From NCBI GenBank assembly GCA_951406725.2, contig OX597823.1, forward strand, positions 38,212,001-38,274,000: 62,000 nt of DNA, given 5' to 3'. Position numbers and translations under genes: made by a program. Shown here piece after piece: positions 24,966-39,118 of this stretch (the stretch's first letter is position 1; the number at the start of each line of letters is the position of its first letter). Source of the DNA: Octopus vulgaris. Lineage: Eukaryota. The notes under the pieces were generated by a model. That model did not search any database and was not told where the DNA came from. It worked only from the letters and a program-made list of their open reading frames with translations.

Positions 24966-25391
24966 AATCTATGTGATTGCAGAGATAAAAATACTTGTGA
25001 ACTCTTGAATAAATGTAAAACTAAAAATGTAATCTACCAATGTGACTTATTCTCCAATAATTACAAGAAAATTTATATAGGAGCAACTAAAAATGAAATG
25101 AAACTTAGATATAATTCTCATTGCTCAAGTTTCAGAAAGAGAAGTAAGACTAACTCTTCCGTATTAAGTAGTTACATCTAGGAACTGAAAGATAATAACA
25201 TTAATTATAGATTAGGATGGCGTATCCTAGCCAAAACATCTTCATAAAACCTTAAAAATAATCGCTGTAATTTATGCATAAATGAGAAAGTCTTAATTTT
25301 AATGGCCAAATCAGAATTACTTAATAAACGAGACAAGAAAAATATTGCATGTTTACATAGAGATAAATTCTTATTCTGTAAATACTGCTAA
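24966..25391 (+). pseudogene. Penelope-like GIY-YIG endonuclease domain (two premature stops)
   Basis: One frame: NLCDCRDKNTCELLNKCKTKNVIYQC...KIYIGATKNEMKLRYNSHCSSF...CNLCINEKVLIL...LLNKRD...CLHRDKFLF; stops TAG 25179-81 and TAA 25245-47. Absent from the ORF track. Confidence 0.85.
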
Positions 25392-26139
25392 TACCTACAT
25401 TATAGGTTATTAGCTGACCTGCCTAACATCTGATTACTTACCCTAAACCCCTCCCCCTCAATACAGAGCATAATTTAACATCACATCACAATTAAATTAA
25501 ATCAAATTATCCCAATTAACTGAATTATCTATCTTACATTCTACGATGTACACCAGGACATAAAATACTCTATAATATATTCACTTTAAAGTTAGATCGC
25601 TGACTAACATACCAATTGCTAGGGCAGCCACTGACATAAACATTATTAAATGAGTGATTTAGGTTGTCCTAGCTGACTGTATTGGTTTTTAATTATATTA
25701 ATGAGTAGATAGATAGCACCACACATAGCAACATATTATTTTTATTTATATATTTTATTATTATACCTTTTACGTAACCCAAATTTATACATTATATCAC
25801 ACTAACTTTTTAAAAGCATCCTTAGGTTTTAACAAGGGGATTATGTGTAATCATAGGGACTTATCTAGCAGTCACAAACAGCGTTATATATTACAATTAA
25901 CAACACCAGATATTAATACCAGGTACAACACCTTTGACTAACACTGCCGGTCAACTAGTCATTTCCCCCACTTATTTCTCCATTCATCTAACTGAAGAAA
26001 TGTACACACCCGTGGAATCCAAAAAGGGCACAAAAATGTAAGCCTAAAAACTTAATGAACTTTTTCCTTTTTTCCTTTTCTCCTTTTCCTTTCCATTTCC
26101 CTTTTTCTCCTATCTATATTTCTCCAATAAACTCTAAAT

Positions 26140-26218
26140 CATTCTGATGATGTTTGTTAAATGGAACAAGATAAATGCAAATTTACTTTGAAATAACAAA
26201 CTCAAACAGCAGTAAATG
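26140..26218 (+). ncRNA. Decayed hammerhead downstream of the PLE endonuclease
   Basis: CATT/AATG stem I; CTGATGA(26144-50); extra T; stem II GTTTGTTA/TAACAAAC; TCAA in place of GAA; stem III ACAGCAGT (one change from palindrome ACAGCTGT); GTA triplet. Confidence 0.55.
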
Positions 26219-26600
26219 TTCTTGAACTACAGTTAAACTATGACCTTTTAATGCCATTGATCAACTTGTAATTGTTAATTGTTTCTCCATTTCTTTTCTT
26301 ATCTGTATATATACATATATATAAAATTGTTAAAGAGGACAACAAACGTTTTATATATCTGCTATATCGGAAGTCTGCAATAGCTCCATAATTACTGTTT
26401 CGGCTATAACTTTGGAACTTTGGTAATCTGTTACAACACTTACCTAGTGTACCTAATTGTTTAGATCAACTGTGAACTAAACTTCCATATTTTGTATATA
26501 TATATATATTAAAAATGTGAAAGGCTGGTTTATGGCATTACCTTAGGTTTCCTGTCCATGAAGTGTTTAGCTTTATGGCATATTGTCAGATCCCAAACAC

Positions 26601-26746
26601 CTGTTGGCCCATGACCTCTTAAAATATGGAGGGGCAAATGCCTCACTACTCAAAGTTAACAAGTGGGGATTATCTCTATTGCTAATGACCATCAACTTCT
26701 GGCTGTGCCGCCATCTTACAGGCTCCAAAAGGCTAGCAGGAACTTC
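26601..26746 (-). CDS. Candidate exon G (phase 0 to 2)
   Basis: gtttacatttcAG acceptor; ACAG|GTGTTT donor (stronger donor at 26542 lies after a stop); EVPASLLEPVRWRHSQKLMVISNRDNPHLLTLSSEAFAPPYFKRSWAN. Confidence 0.28.
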
Positions 26747-27753
26747 CTGAAATGTAAACATGGCCCGAAAATCTCTGTTCTGGAGATTTTTGAAGTGAAA
26801 TTTCTGGGTAAAGTGCTGGTTAAGAAGTGCACAATACCCCGAAATAAGGAGACCCTACAGTTCGAATGCTGGAAGTTATTCAAGACATTTGCCAAAAGAT
26901 TACTTGAAGTTCAAAGATGTCAACATGTAAATTGGCACAGCAGTCTCACATAAGCAGGAGGTCATGCCAAAGTCTAAAGTTGAAGCCATATCATTTCACA
27001 TGTGTACAGCAATTAAAAGTGGATGACTAGAGCACACAGGTTTCTGAATAGCAATTACAAGCAGCTAAAATAGCACAATGACAATTGCAAACAAAAGGCT
27101 GGGTGTTTTTTTTGTGTGTAAATTTATTTCTGTATTTACACAATGCAATGAACTTCAGGGACATGCACATAAATAGGTAACTAGATACTTAGGCAGATAA
27201 TTTATACATACATATATATATTTACTTGAGTCTAAGAGACCTTAAGTCAGGGAGAATATGCACTCATATAACTGTTGGTATGCACTACACTTTACACATC
27301 ACTTTATGCATCACATATTACATCACATTACGCATTAAACATTTCACACCACACAGTAATATGTAAAAAAAAAACCCCACATAACTTTATCCTTTACATG
27401 CACCATGCACCCCACCCCCACAGAGAAACCACACATTTTTATACAATCCTTCTCAACTTCACAATTTCCTTCTGCCAACTCAGCAGCAAACTTAATCAAG
27501 GGGCATAACTCATAACTGACTCTCCTGGAACATTTTTATCCTACCACCTTTACACAGCAGATGCTGACTGGTCATGCTCATTTCCACCTCCAGCAGTGGA
27601 GAGTGGTCGCCATTTCCCCTCCCATGTTGGCTATTTCTGATGCGCATATATTATATAACTGGTTTGTGGCTTAACACTCCATTATATAGTTTCACACAAA
27701 ACTGATTGGTAAGACCAGCCGTGATGGATAATTAACACTATAAAATTCAGACA

Positions 27754-27796
<43 letters not shown>

Positions 27797-28920
27797 GGGA
27801 GAGAGATACATATATGTATATACATACATATATACATACAGTCACACACACATATGTACATATACTTTTGTGTGTGTGTGTGGTGTACAGGTGTGTATGT
27901 GCATGTGTGTGTATGTTTTTGCCTGTGTTTGTGTTTATTCCTCTGTCCACCACTCGACAACTGGTGCTGGCTTGTTTACATCTCTGCAACTTAGTGGTTC
28001 AGCAAGAGAGACCAATAAAATAAGCATCAAACTTTAAAAAAAAAAATCAAATACTGGATTTGATTTGTTCAGCTAAACTCTTCAAGGCAGTGCCCCAGCC
28101 AGGTGGCAGTCCAGTGACTGAAGCAAGTAAAAGATAAAAGATAACAAAATAGATATGTTATTAACAAGGAAATTTCCCCAAGATTTAGAGATTGACTGCA
28201 ATGTTATAGCAAAACTTCAAAATGAAAATAAGCATTAATAGTTTGGTATTTAAATTTCAAGAGTCATATTTGGAACATTTGTGAGAACAAATTCTGTTCC
28301 AATGTAGAATAACCTATAATTGTTCTGAGATGTAGGAATGTTGAAGAAAACAGACTTGCTGTTGCTTTGATGGAACATTGCCAACATTTGTTCAACTCAT
28401 AAATACATTAGTTACTGACTTGTGAACATAGTGCTTAAAGGAGTGCAAGTTCAGTTGTTAAAATATTCACTTCATTATAAATTTATAAGTTTCAACTTAG
28501 TTTCCCTTGAGTCGAGTTACGGAACTAATAAAGCATGAAATAGTTACTTTATTAACTAATATAAAAAATACCGTTTCCATTATAGTGTCATCTTTTAATT
28601 TGATATTTACAATATTCTATTTGTATTGAGTATGTTTGACTTTTTAATCCTCTTTCTTGTTAGAATGGCTGTTAATTTGGTAACAATTGCATGTATTATT
28701 GACTACTCTTCTGTTGAAGAATTGAAGAATTCTGGCTTATGTCTGCAACAATATGATGGTGTAGCAGTAAACTCTTAAGGAATTCGATCCACAACTGGTT
28801 TTAAATCACAACTGGAACTGCTCCATTACTAATGTCCTTGGGAAAGGCACAAATAACTCAACTTCCAAATGACCTTGTTTGTTCTTCTAGAATTAAAAAT
28901 AAAATTAAAAAGAATATATG

Positions 28921-28989
<69 letters not shown>

Positions 28990-30283
28990 CATATAGTTAT
29001 ATTTTATTGCATGTGTGTGTGTGTATGTGTGCATGCATGCATGTGTGTGCGTGTGTGCATGCATGAGTGTGTGTGTGCATGAGTGTGTGTGTGTGTGTGT
29101 CTTTCTGTATGTCTTTCAACTTACAGACAAAACAACACAGACTTTAAAAAAAGACTTTCATTTTAAACAATTTATGAAGGTTTGAGCATAATTAACGAAT
29201 ACTTTTACCAGTAGCATAGCAATGGGTAATGACCTAGTAATTATAATGCAACTTTTATCAAATTTCTTGATATTGATACAAAATCATGAAATTAATATTT
29301 AAAATTAAATTTAATAAAACAAAACAAAGATGTACATATTCATTCTTAATACATTCTGACAGATTTGAAAGTTAATTATGCTAATTACTGTCGTATTTTA
29401 TGTATGGAGAACAAATTTCTTATTTCTTATTTGTATAATTCATCCTATAAATACTCTCAATTATACCTCCTCCTCCTCTTTAAGATTATATCTTGCTGTG
29501 TGCATAGTGTTCTTTAAGTCATTGCCTGTCACTAAGCCTTGTATGTGCACTTGTCTTCCACCTCTTATGTTAATTTTCTCTGTATCAGTCTTTTACTCTC
29601 TCTCCCATTCTCTCTAAATGACTGGAGAAAACAACCACTAACCAACATTTGTATTGGCTAACATTATGCAGAGATGACTTGTAAATAATGGTTTATTACA
29701 TGGACATGATATAGCAAGTATCTTTAGTAGGATTATGTGTATTATTGTCTAGTTGTCCTTATTGGACAAATTGTCATTGTTGTTTAGCATCAAAGTCCTT
29801 CTTTACATAAAATGGTGGAGGTGTGATTTGAGGGCAATTTGACAGTCTGTGTAATTGAACAGTTCTCCACCAACACAGTAATAGAATGCAGTGGAGTTTA
29901 GTAATGATAAGCACTTAACAAGCTGAGCTTTTAACATTGTTCCAAGCTGTGGACATTTTACCTGCATATTTTCCTTCTAGAAATCTGAGGCTTTTGTGTT
30001 CGTTCAGTTATGTTCATTTTTCCATGCTAGTATGGGTTAGATGAATATGTCATTGAAGCATTGTTTTTCAACTGGATGCCCTTCCTGTCACTAACCTTAA
30101 TCTGGTTTTGAAGGTACAGAGTTACCTAATGATTTGTTCACAAGGAAAATGACAATAAATTTCACTGTTTGAATCTCAGCAATTTTTTCAGTGAAGCACA
30201 AATGTAAACATTCAAATAGATGCCTCATATATACGTACACCATGTACTTGCATACATACACATCCATACATCCACACATGCAT

Positions 30284-30337
<54 letters not shown>

Positions 30338-31699
30338 GATGCTCTGTACAGTTTCTGTCCACAAAAATCATTTACAAGGCATTATCAGTTGGCCCAAGAC
30401 AATTGTAGAAGACACGTGTCCAAGGTGCCACATTATAGGACTGAATCTGAAACTCTGTGATCATGAAGTGAACTTCTTAACCACGCAGCCTGTACATGCT
30501 CATGAGTAAGAAATCCAGTTGCCTATTCCTCTTCCAAATGCAAATTCTAGTGAAGGAAAATAAAATGGTAGAAATATTTAGTTTATATTATATAAAAAGG
30601 GTTGGTAAATTATCAAATGTAATAAAGGGTTAATAGATTAAGATTTTATTATATGTAATAAGAGTTAATAGATTAAGATTTTTTTCCTTATTCGCTAAGG
30701 GTTAATAAGTTGACTCTTTATAAATTAAATGCTTATCATGTATCATAAGGGTTAATACATTCGTCTGTTATAGAAGGTGGTGAGTTGGCAGAATCATTAG
30801 CACACCTGGTGAAATGCTTAGCAACATTTCATTTATCTTTATGTTCTGAATTCAAATTCTGCCAAGGTTGACTTTGCCTTTCATCCTTTCAGTCTTGATA
30901 AAATAAGTAACAATTGAGCACTGGATGGCAGGGGAAGGGGGGGGGGCAACGTAATCCCCTGAAGTTTTTGGCTTTTTGCCAAAATTTGAAACCTACACAT
31001 TAATATGCTATTATTTGTCCAAGTGACAAAACACGGGTGTTTTCAGTTAGATTCACATTACAAAAAATGCAGTTTAAGGTTTTCTGACACAAAAAATGTA
31101 GGTAGTTGTATAAATGATCTAAACTTTGTAAGTAGTCAGATAAATGTTATATTTAGATGAATATTGTTTAGGCCACTAAACACACTGTTTAGTTACAGTG
31201 TTATTTTGTTTAAATTTATACCTGTATATGTTTAATTTTGTAGAAGGGATTGTAGGGGACAAAATATGAAGATGATGCAATAACATCAAGGACTGGATGG
31301 GAGGACTCTGATGAAGTGTATGACTAGCATGAGAGCAGTGTAAGGTGAGGAGTGGGTACTGTGTCTGAGCCACAGGGAAAGATTTTGGCAGAGTGTGTGT
31401 GTGTGGGGGGGGTGTATTTTAGCAAGTTTTATATTATGGTTGGTTACAGAGTGACCATTGATTTCGCCCCTATGAAGTACTTAGCTGTGTAGGTGACTTG
31501 TCAGACTCAAATGGCCAAAAGCACATAACTTCTTGAATTCAGTGAGTAGCTTAAACTGCTAAGCGCTTTGTTGGTGCAAAACCAATGGTCACTTTCTGAA
31601 TGGCCGTAACTTTTTACTTCTTAAAAATATATTACTGCTCTAATGCTTTAAAGTATGCTTCTTTTTCCGATGTATGAACTACCGACGATTTCTATATAG

Positions 31700-31840
31700 G
31701 TGCAAGAGTGGCTGTGTGGTAAGAAGCCTGCTTTCTAACCACATGGTTCTGGGTTCAGTCCTACTGTGTGGCACTTTGGGCAAATGACTTCTACTATAGC
31801 TTCAGGCTGACCAAAGCCTTGTGAAACTGAAAGAAGCCTG

Positions 31841-31845
<5 letters not shown>
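31700..31845 (+). mobile_element. tRNA-derived SINE family B (representative copy)
   Basis: gtggctgtgtggtaagaagc...GGGTTCAGTCC...ctttgggcaaatgacttctactatagc. Other copies at about 1130, 5746, 10255, 14160, 23955, 30340, 38260, 39935, 41950, 42560, 45745, 47040. Confidence 0.85.
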
Positions 31846-31878
<33 letters not shown>

Positions 31879-31884
<6 letters not shown>

Positions 31885-32312
31885 TAATATCAGGGTAAGA
31901 AAAAATTTTAGAAATTTTTACTACCAGTGGTCTTGAAAAATTATAATATATAAGCATGGAGCACATGCTGGATTGCCTCGTATTTATATGTTTAATCTAG
32001 GTATACCTGATGATGAAGACTTTACCTAGCAAATTATTTTATTTGCTAATTTAAAGTCAGAAACCATGGTCCGGGAAATAGATGGTAAATGTTTTTATTT
32101 TTCATTCTCTTCGAAATTTATCCACAATAGTGGTTTGGATTTTGGCTATTCCTTCTAGTGTGCCAGGTATCCTATGATTGATACCTCTTATGTGTTTAAA
32201 TGTAGACAGTATTTATATGAATAATATATAGTCTATTGACTAATTTTTCTACATGCTAGGCCACTGGTAGTAAAAATTTCTAAAATTTTTTCTTACCCTG
32301 ATATTATTAATT
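31879..32312. repeat. Perfect 52-bp inverted repeat (31879-31930 / 32261-32312) enclosing the hammerhead-like motif
   Basis: aattaataatatcagggtaagaaaaaattttagaaatttttactaccagtgg and its exact reverse complement. Confidence 0.9.
31995..32083 (+). ncRNA. Hammerhead-like motif with intact core and stems II/III but unpaired proximal stem I
   Basis: CTGATGA(32007-13); stem II TGA[AGA]CTTTA/TAAAGTCA enclosing the hairpin TAGCAAAT/ATTTGCTA; GAA; palindromic ACCATGGT; GTC triplet (C at 32071). Only the distal ATCTA/TAGAT pairs in stem I. Confidence 0.55.
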
Positions 32313-32429
32313 ATTGATAAATTTTCTGTCAAATTTTCAAAGTAACACCGACATTATTTTATATGCTGCCGATAAAAAACTGCGCTTGCACGGTGGATTT
32401 GAAAAATTATAATATATAAGCACTGTATT

Positions 32430-32460
<31 letters not shown>

Positions 32461-32604
32461 GTATAAGGAAAAATAAGAAAAGACAATATCGCATCTTACA
32501 ACTGTTTCTATTTGCACTATTTTGGGCATAATCAGTAATTCATTGGATACAAATATCCCTTAGACAGTTTTTATAACCTCTAACTGAACTCACCTATATA
32601 TATA

Positions 32605-32635
<31 letters not shown>

Positions 32636-32863
32636 TTGTGCATCTATGTTTGTCACTCCACTATCACTTGACAACCAATATTGGTGTCTTGTTTAAATCC
32701 CTGTAACTTAGTGGTTCAGCAAAGAGATCAATAGAATAAGTACTAGTCTTACAAAGAATAAGTCCTGAGGTTGGTTCCTTTGACTAAAGGCGGTGCTCAA
32801 ACATGGCCACAGTCAAATGAGTGAAACAAATAAAAGAATATATGTATACACACACATGCATAT

Positions 32864-32896
<33 letters not shown>

Positions 32897-33640
32897 AGGT
32901 TTATTACATGGATAGGTATGAGATATGTGGCCTTATAGTTCGGGTACTAGATTTACAATAGCAAGATGATGGTTTTGATTCCCAAATTGGTGCATTGTGT
33001 TCTTGAGTAACACACCTTATTTCATATTGTTCAGTGATCACTTTGAACAGAAAATGTCATTTTGATGGAGGGAGTGAGCTAATGTACAGCACACACGTTT
33101 GATAAATTTAAACAAATCATCCATGCAAATTGTTCAGCAAGAAGTTGCACAGTTCTCATCTGTTGTATACAGTAAAAGGGTCCACAAAATGACAAGCATC
33201 TTTTCAGTTTCTTTCAGCTTTGGCCATCCCAGGGCTATAGTAGAGAACACTTGCCAAAGGTGCCATGCAGCAGGATGGAACCCAAAACAAGGTGGTTAGA
33301 ACAAACTTCTCAATGCCTGCATATACACATACACATACACATACATACATACATTATGGCTGCCCCCTCGTTATCGAGAATGGCCATTGCACGAAGCTTA
33401 ACTGTTACTGGTGCTGTGATCGAATGTGACTTTTTAGCCCAGCTAAAGATCTACAATGTATTGTACATACATACATACATACATACATACATACATACAT
33501 ACATACATACACACACATACATACATACATACATACATACATACATACATACATACATACATACATACATACATACATACATACATACATACATAGAAAT
33601 CTGCAGTTACTCTATCCAGATTGCAAGTTCAGGTTTATAC

Positions 33641-33766
33641 CTGTAATTGTTGGAACCTTGAGATCTGTAACACACTGCCTAAATACCAATCTTGAGAAAT
33701 TAGGCTTCTCAAAACCAGAAAGGAGAAAGCTAATTTGAAGACTACAGATCATATCCATCACTGGAA
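33641..33766 (-). CDS. Candidate exon B (phase 1 to 1, not in frame with exon A)
   Basis: ttttacatatttttacAG acceptor, ACAG|GTATAA donor; PVMDMICSLQISFLLSGFEKPNFSRLVFRQCVTDLKVPTIT. Confidence 0.3.
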
Positions 33767-34015
33767 CTGTAAAAATATGTAAAACTTTCCAGAAGTTTAT
33801 CATTTAAATATATATATGAGCATGTCTAGATATGCTGCTATATGCATGAAAATATATACATAAAGCAAAACATATAAATCTGCACATATACATCCATCCA
33901 TCCATCCATCCATCCATCCATCCATCCATCCATCCATACATACATACATACATACAGACAGACAGACAGACAGGCATACATACATACATACAAACAAACA
34001 AACAAACAAAAATAC

Positions 34016-34103
34016 CCTGTTGTTGATGTTGAAATTCCAATGAAGGAGCCTTGAATTTAGGTTAGAAACCAGCTCTTTATTAGCAAGAAATCTTGAAATG
34101 AAA
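34016..34103 (-). CDS. Candidate exon A (phase 2 to 0; alternative acceptor at 34091)
   Basis: Unique sequence between two microsatellites; ttgttcAG acceptor, AGG|GTATTT donor; [29 protein letters not shown]. Confidence 0.4.
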
Positions 34104-37100
34104 CTGAACAATGACATACATACATACATACATACATACATACATACATACATACATACATACATACATACATACATACATACATACATACATACATACA
34201 CACATACATACATACACACATATATATTATACATATATTCAAATATACATGCAAGCACACACACACACATACACACACCAATGCTATTGGTTTAGAATTC
34301 TCTTTTAGGCACCATAAATAAAGGCATCATATATTAGGTTTGAGTGTCCCCAGAGAGGACCAAATAATAGCTTATTTTGATCAGTTTTGGCAGAGAAAAT
34401 AAGGTTTATTTCCCCCATGGGAACATTGAGATAGGAATGTCATTTCCATTGGTGGTTGTTGTTTTCTAGAACTCTAGCATTATTGATTTCAGGTAGAGAT
34501 GTGACTTGCTGGTTATCAATGAGTTTCATTTTTTTGTGCATTGTACAGCTGCTCTAGATGTATCTCTGCAAATATATTACTTATATAACTACAGAGCTGT
34601 GTTATTAATTTTCTCTTTTTTTTTCTAATTGCTTTGTTTTATTTGGAGTTTTTATAAGCGCATTACATGTCCAACACAGAGATTATAGTAAGCTTATGCT
34701 TTCTTGTTAACAACGCTGTATTACGCAATATACCTTTAGCATTATTTCCATTTAAAATGTATGATACAAATAAAAATTACTCTAAATATTGCTTTCAAAT
34801 TTTGGCACAAGGCTAGCAAGCTTGGGGAAGGGGTAAGTTAATTACATCGAACCCAGTACTCAACTGGTACTTATTTTACCGACCCCAAAAGGATGAAAAG
34901 CAAAGTTAATCTCGGGGGTATTTGAACTCAGAATGTAAAGATAGACAAAATGCTGCTAAGCACTTTGTCTGACATGGTAATGATTTTACCAGATCACTGC
35001 CTTAATAACACTAAATATTAATATTTATATTATATTCTCATTTATTTGTGTATTTTTCAGTTAATGTTTTAGAAATAATATTCTGATTGTTACAGTCCAA
35101 CACACTAACATCATTTAAATACCATTAAAATACACACTAACCCCATTAAAATACTGTTAAAATACCATTAGAAAATATTTATACACACATGCATATATAA
35201 GGTTTATTACATGGCTAGGCATGAGACATGTGGCCTAATAGTTACACAAATGAATGTGTAACTCAGTTGTGACACCTAGTTGGAACTAATTTTGTTTTAG
35301 TTTACCTCTTCTCTTAATATTCTTGGGAAAGGCATGAATGCTATATCTTCTGTTTCCTCTTAGTCTGGATATCTATGAAAAACTCTTGAGAAATGATATT
35401 ATTACTGTTGCTATTGTTTTTGCTTAGCCCCAGGTTAGCCTTACATGAGTGTACATGAAATTTAAGGGATTCTTCTCTCTCTCATTCTCTCTCTCTCTCT
35501 TTCTCTGGGATTGAGTATCTAGGAACTACATTATCAAAGGTACCATTTCAAAATGGTAGGGTATAATTTAAAGGAGATTTAGTTGTTATTCCTAGCAGGT
35601 CTCACAATTTCATAGAGGCTTTTCTCCCTTTACATCACCCCGTGTTCCTTCAATATTTTGTTTATATTCTTAACGGTGGCAAGCAGACAGAGCCATTAGT
35701 GCACTAGACAAAATACTTAGTAGTATTTCTCCTGACTCATTACATTTTGAGTTCAAATTCTCCCAAGGTCAACTTTGCCTTTCAGCTTTTCAGGGTTGAT
35801 AGAATAAAGTACCAGTTGATCACTGGAGAAGATCGATGTAATCAGTTGACCACCTTCCCACTAAAATTACTGGCCTTCTTCCAATATTTGAAACCATTTT
35901 TAGAGGGTGGATAAAGGTGGCAAAATATTTAAACAATTGGGCAAGATGCCATGCCTATTTCTTCCAACTTTTTATGTTCTGACTGTAGTTCCTACTGGGG
36001 TCAACATTGCCTTTTGTTATTTTGGTGTCAATAAAATAAAGTACCAGCTAGATACTTGGAATGATGGTATCAACTATCCCGCTTTGTCCCTGAATCATTA
36101 TTATCAAAGGTTATGAGTTGGTAGAACCATTAGCATGCCAGGCAAAATGCCTTCACTTTTTAGGTTCAAATTCCGCTGAGGTCGACTTTGCCTTTCATCC
36201 TCTTGGGATGGATAAAATAAGTACCTGCTGAATACTAAGGTTGATGTAAACAACTGACCCCCTCCTCTGGAATTACTGGCCTTGTGCCAGAATTTGAGAT
36301 CATTATTATCAAATAGAATGGTGGGATCATTACAGTGTTTCTTCTGCTTCTTCATGTTCTAAGTTCAAATCCCACCAAAGTCAACACTACTTTTTATCCT
36401 TTCATGGTCAATAAAATAAAGGACTGATCAAGTACTGAATTCGATATAATCAGCTGTACCCCTCCCTCTAAATTTCTGGCCTTGTGTCTTTGTTAGAGAC
36501 AATTATGAGAAGAGAGATGAGAGATGAGTTCTCTCTCTTTACCCTCCTTCCAATTCTACGTTTTGGATACCTCCAATATCAGAAGCTTCTTTCAGTTGTC
36601 AAATTCTTAATTTAAAAAAGAGACAACCATATATTCTAATGGGACACTGCAATCAATAGTGAGACATTTAGTTTTTGGAATATTTTCTTTCTTACAATAT
36701 TGGTTTCAAATTTTTGCACAGAGCCAGCAATTTTGGGGAGTGGCTAAATTGGTTACATCAGTGCCAGTGCTCAACTGGTACTCATTTTATTGACCCCAGA
36801 AGGATCAAAGACAAAGTCAATGTCAGTGGAGTTGAACTCAGAATGTACAAACAGATAAAATGCTGCAAAAGCATTTTGACCATCCCGCTAACAATTCTGC
36901 CAGCTCGCCTTTTCTCTTGTTTTCAATATTAAATATGAGAACATTTTTAAACATTCATTTTGGTTTTCTCATTATAATTAATTTTGAATTTGGACTTAAT
37001 TAATATTCTAATCAAGAAAATTTCCAATTCCAACAGAGCAAATTGTATATTCCTTTCTATCTGTTCAGCTATAACTGGCTCTTAGTGTATCAATAATTAT

Positions 37101-38051
37101 CAAACCTTTCCTATGACAACTAACTCTCCTGGCTGTTAACATTTAATTCAACACTCTACACTCATTCTTTTTCTCAAGTGGTTTGCTGTCATGTAAAGAG
37201 AATGGGATGGGGAAAGGTGAGCTGGGAATTAGGGTAGCAACATGTCCACTGAATGGACATGATTTAATGATACTTCAGCCAAAAGATAACTCCCTATTTG
37301 CAGGGTCCTCCCCATTCCACTGCTCTGACAAGCTCAAAGGAACTTCCATGGCAGAAAATTTTATTGTATTTTAGTGTGCAGAAATTTTATCATGCTAACC
37401 ACCTCCATAACAACCACCACTGCCACTGCCACCACCACCACCACCACCACCACCACCACCACCCATCATAATCCCATCATAAATTTTGCTAGTCTGTGGG
37501 TATTTCAAGCCACAAACAAACCAGTATTATAGTCAATAATGATTAAAAATACTGACTGTTCTTCTCCTGTTTAAAATAATATAGATTTTTAAATAAAGCT
37601 TTTTGATGTTTTTGGCAACCAAATCGGTATTTATGGTTTTATTTTGTTTTGTGTTTTTAGATCTAAGAGAAGACACCACATCACTCTAATGAAGGATACC
37701 AGTGTTAATCAATGTTAGTTTTGCAGGTCAGAAATGAAGCCTTTTATTAATTTTCTATTTTGTATTGATATCAGAACTATTACTGCAGAAGTTTCTCTCA
37801 GGATATTTACTGTGTGTCTGTATATATATATATACATATATTCTTTTATTCTTCTGCTCTTTACATGTTTCAGTCATTTTGACTGCAGCCATGCTAGAGC
37901 ATGCCTTAAAGGGTTTTTAGTCTAAGTAATTGACCCTAGTACTTATTCTATTGGTTTCTTTTGCAGAACTGCTAAGTTACAGGGAATGTAAACACAGCAA
38001 TATTAGTTGTCAGGAGATGATGGGAGAACAAACACAGACACACACGCAGAA

Positions 38052-38133
<82 letters not shown>
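38052..38133. repeat. (CA)n microsatellite
   Basis: Directly visible. Confidence 0.98.
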
Positions 38134-38139
<6 letters not shown>

Positions 38140-38187
38140 GTATATATGTATGTTGTTTGTTGTTTAAACACCTGTCTTCGTCTTTTG

Positions 38188-38228
<41 letters not shown>

Positions 38229-38534
38229 ATGTATATATATATATATATATATATATACAATAAGCTTCTTTCTGTTTCTGTCTATCAAATCCACTAACGA
38301 GGCTTTGGATGGCCCAAGGCTATAGCAGAAGACACTTGCCCAAGGTGCCACACAGTGGGACTGTACCTAGAACCATGTGGTTGGGAAGTGAGCTTCTTAC
38401 TATAGAACCACACTTGCACTTAACACACACACACACACACACATCATCATCATCACACATCATATATATATATATACTTGTAATATTATATGTATATATA
38501 TATATATATATTATATATATATATATATATATTG

Positions 38535-39045
38535 TTTGATCCCCCTTCGGTCATGAATGACCATGGGATTGCACCTAGAAAGTTACCCTCCGAGGCACAA
38601 GTCTGGGCAAAGTTGTTCATGGAAGACCAGCAGTCGCCCATGCATACTGGCCTCCCCTCTCCATGCCACCGATGTTATCCAAGAGAAAGGCAAAGGCCGA
38701 TACAGCTTGGCACCAGTGACGTCGTAGCTCATTTATTAACGTGCAAGTGGCAGAGCATTCCACAGACATGTGTACTCTTAACATAGTTCTCAGAAAGATT
38801 CAGCGTGACACAGAATGTGACAAGGCTGGCCCTTTGAAATACAGGTACAACAGAAACAGGAAGAAAGAGTGAGAGAAAGTTGTGGTGAAAGTGTACAGGA
38901 GGGTTCCCCCCCACCCAGCCGGAGTCTTGTGGAGCTTTAGGTATTTTCGCTCAATAAACACTCACAATGCCTGGTCTGAGAATTGAAACCATGATCCTAC
39001 GACCATGTGTCTGCTGCCCAAACCACTGGGCCATTGCGCCTCCAC
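38535..39045 (-). mobile_element. Chimera or nest of two tRNA-derived SINEs
   Basis: Minus-strand tRNA-like head tggaggcgcaatggcccagtggtttgggcagc at ~39045; body switches to a second SINE tail near 38740. Confidence 0.6.
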
Positions 39046-39061
39046 ATACACACAAACACAC

Positions 39062-39092
<31 letters not shown>

Positions 39093-39118
39093 GAGAGAGA
39101 GAGCGCTAGCCACTACAC

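Noticed and set aside
24966-25391. Selenocysteine recoding in the PLE endonuclease
   Set aside because: In-frame stops are TAG and TAA, not TGA; ordinary decay.
26663-26953. 96-aa plus-strand ORF
   Set aside because: No recognisable domain or splice support; overlaps the minus-strand candidate exon G.
37178-37215. Plus-strand 38-nt exon with AAG|GTGAGC donor
   Set aside because: Isolated; no phase-linked neighbours found; such signals are common by chance.
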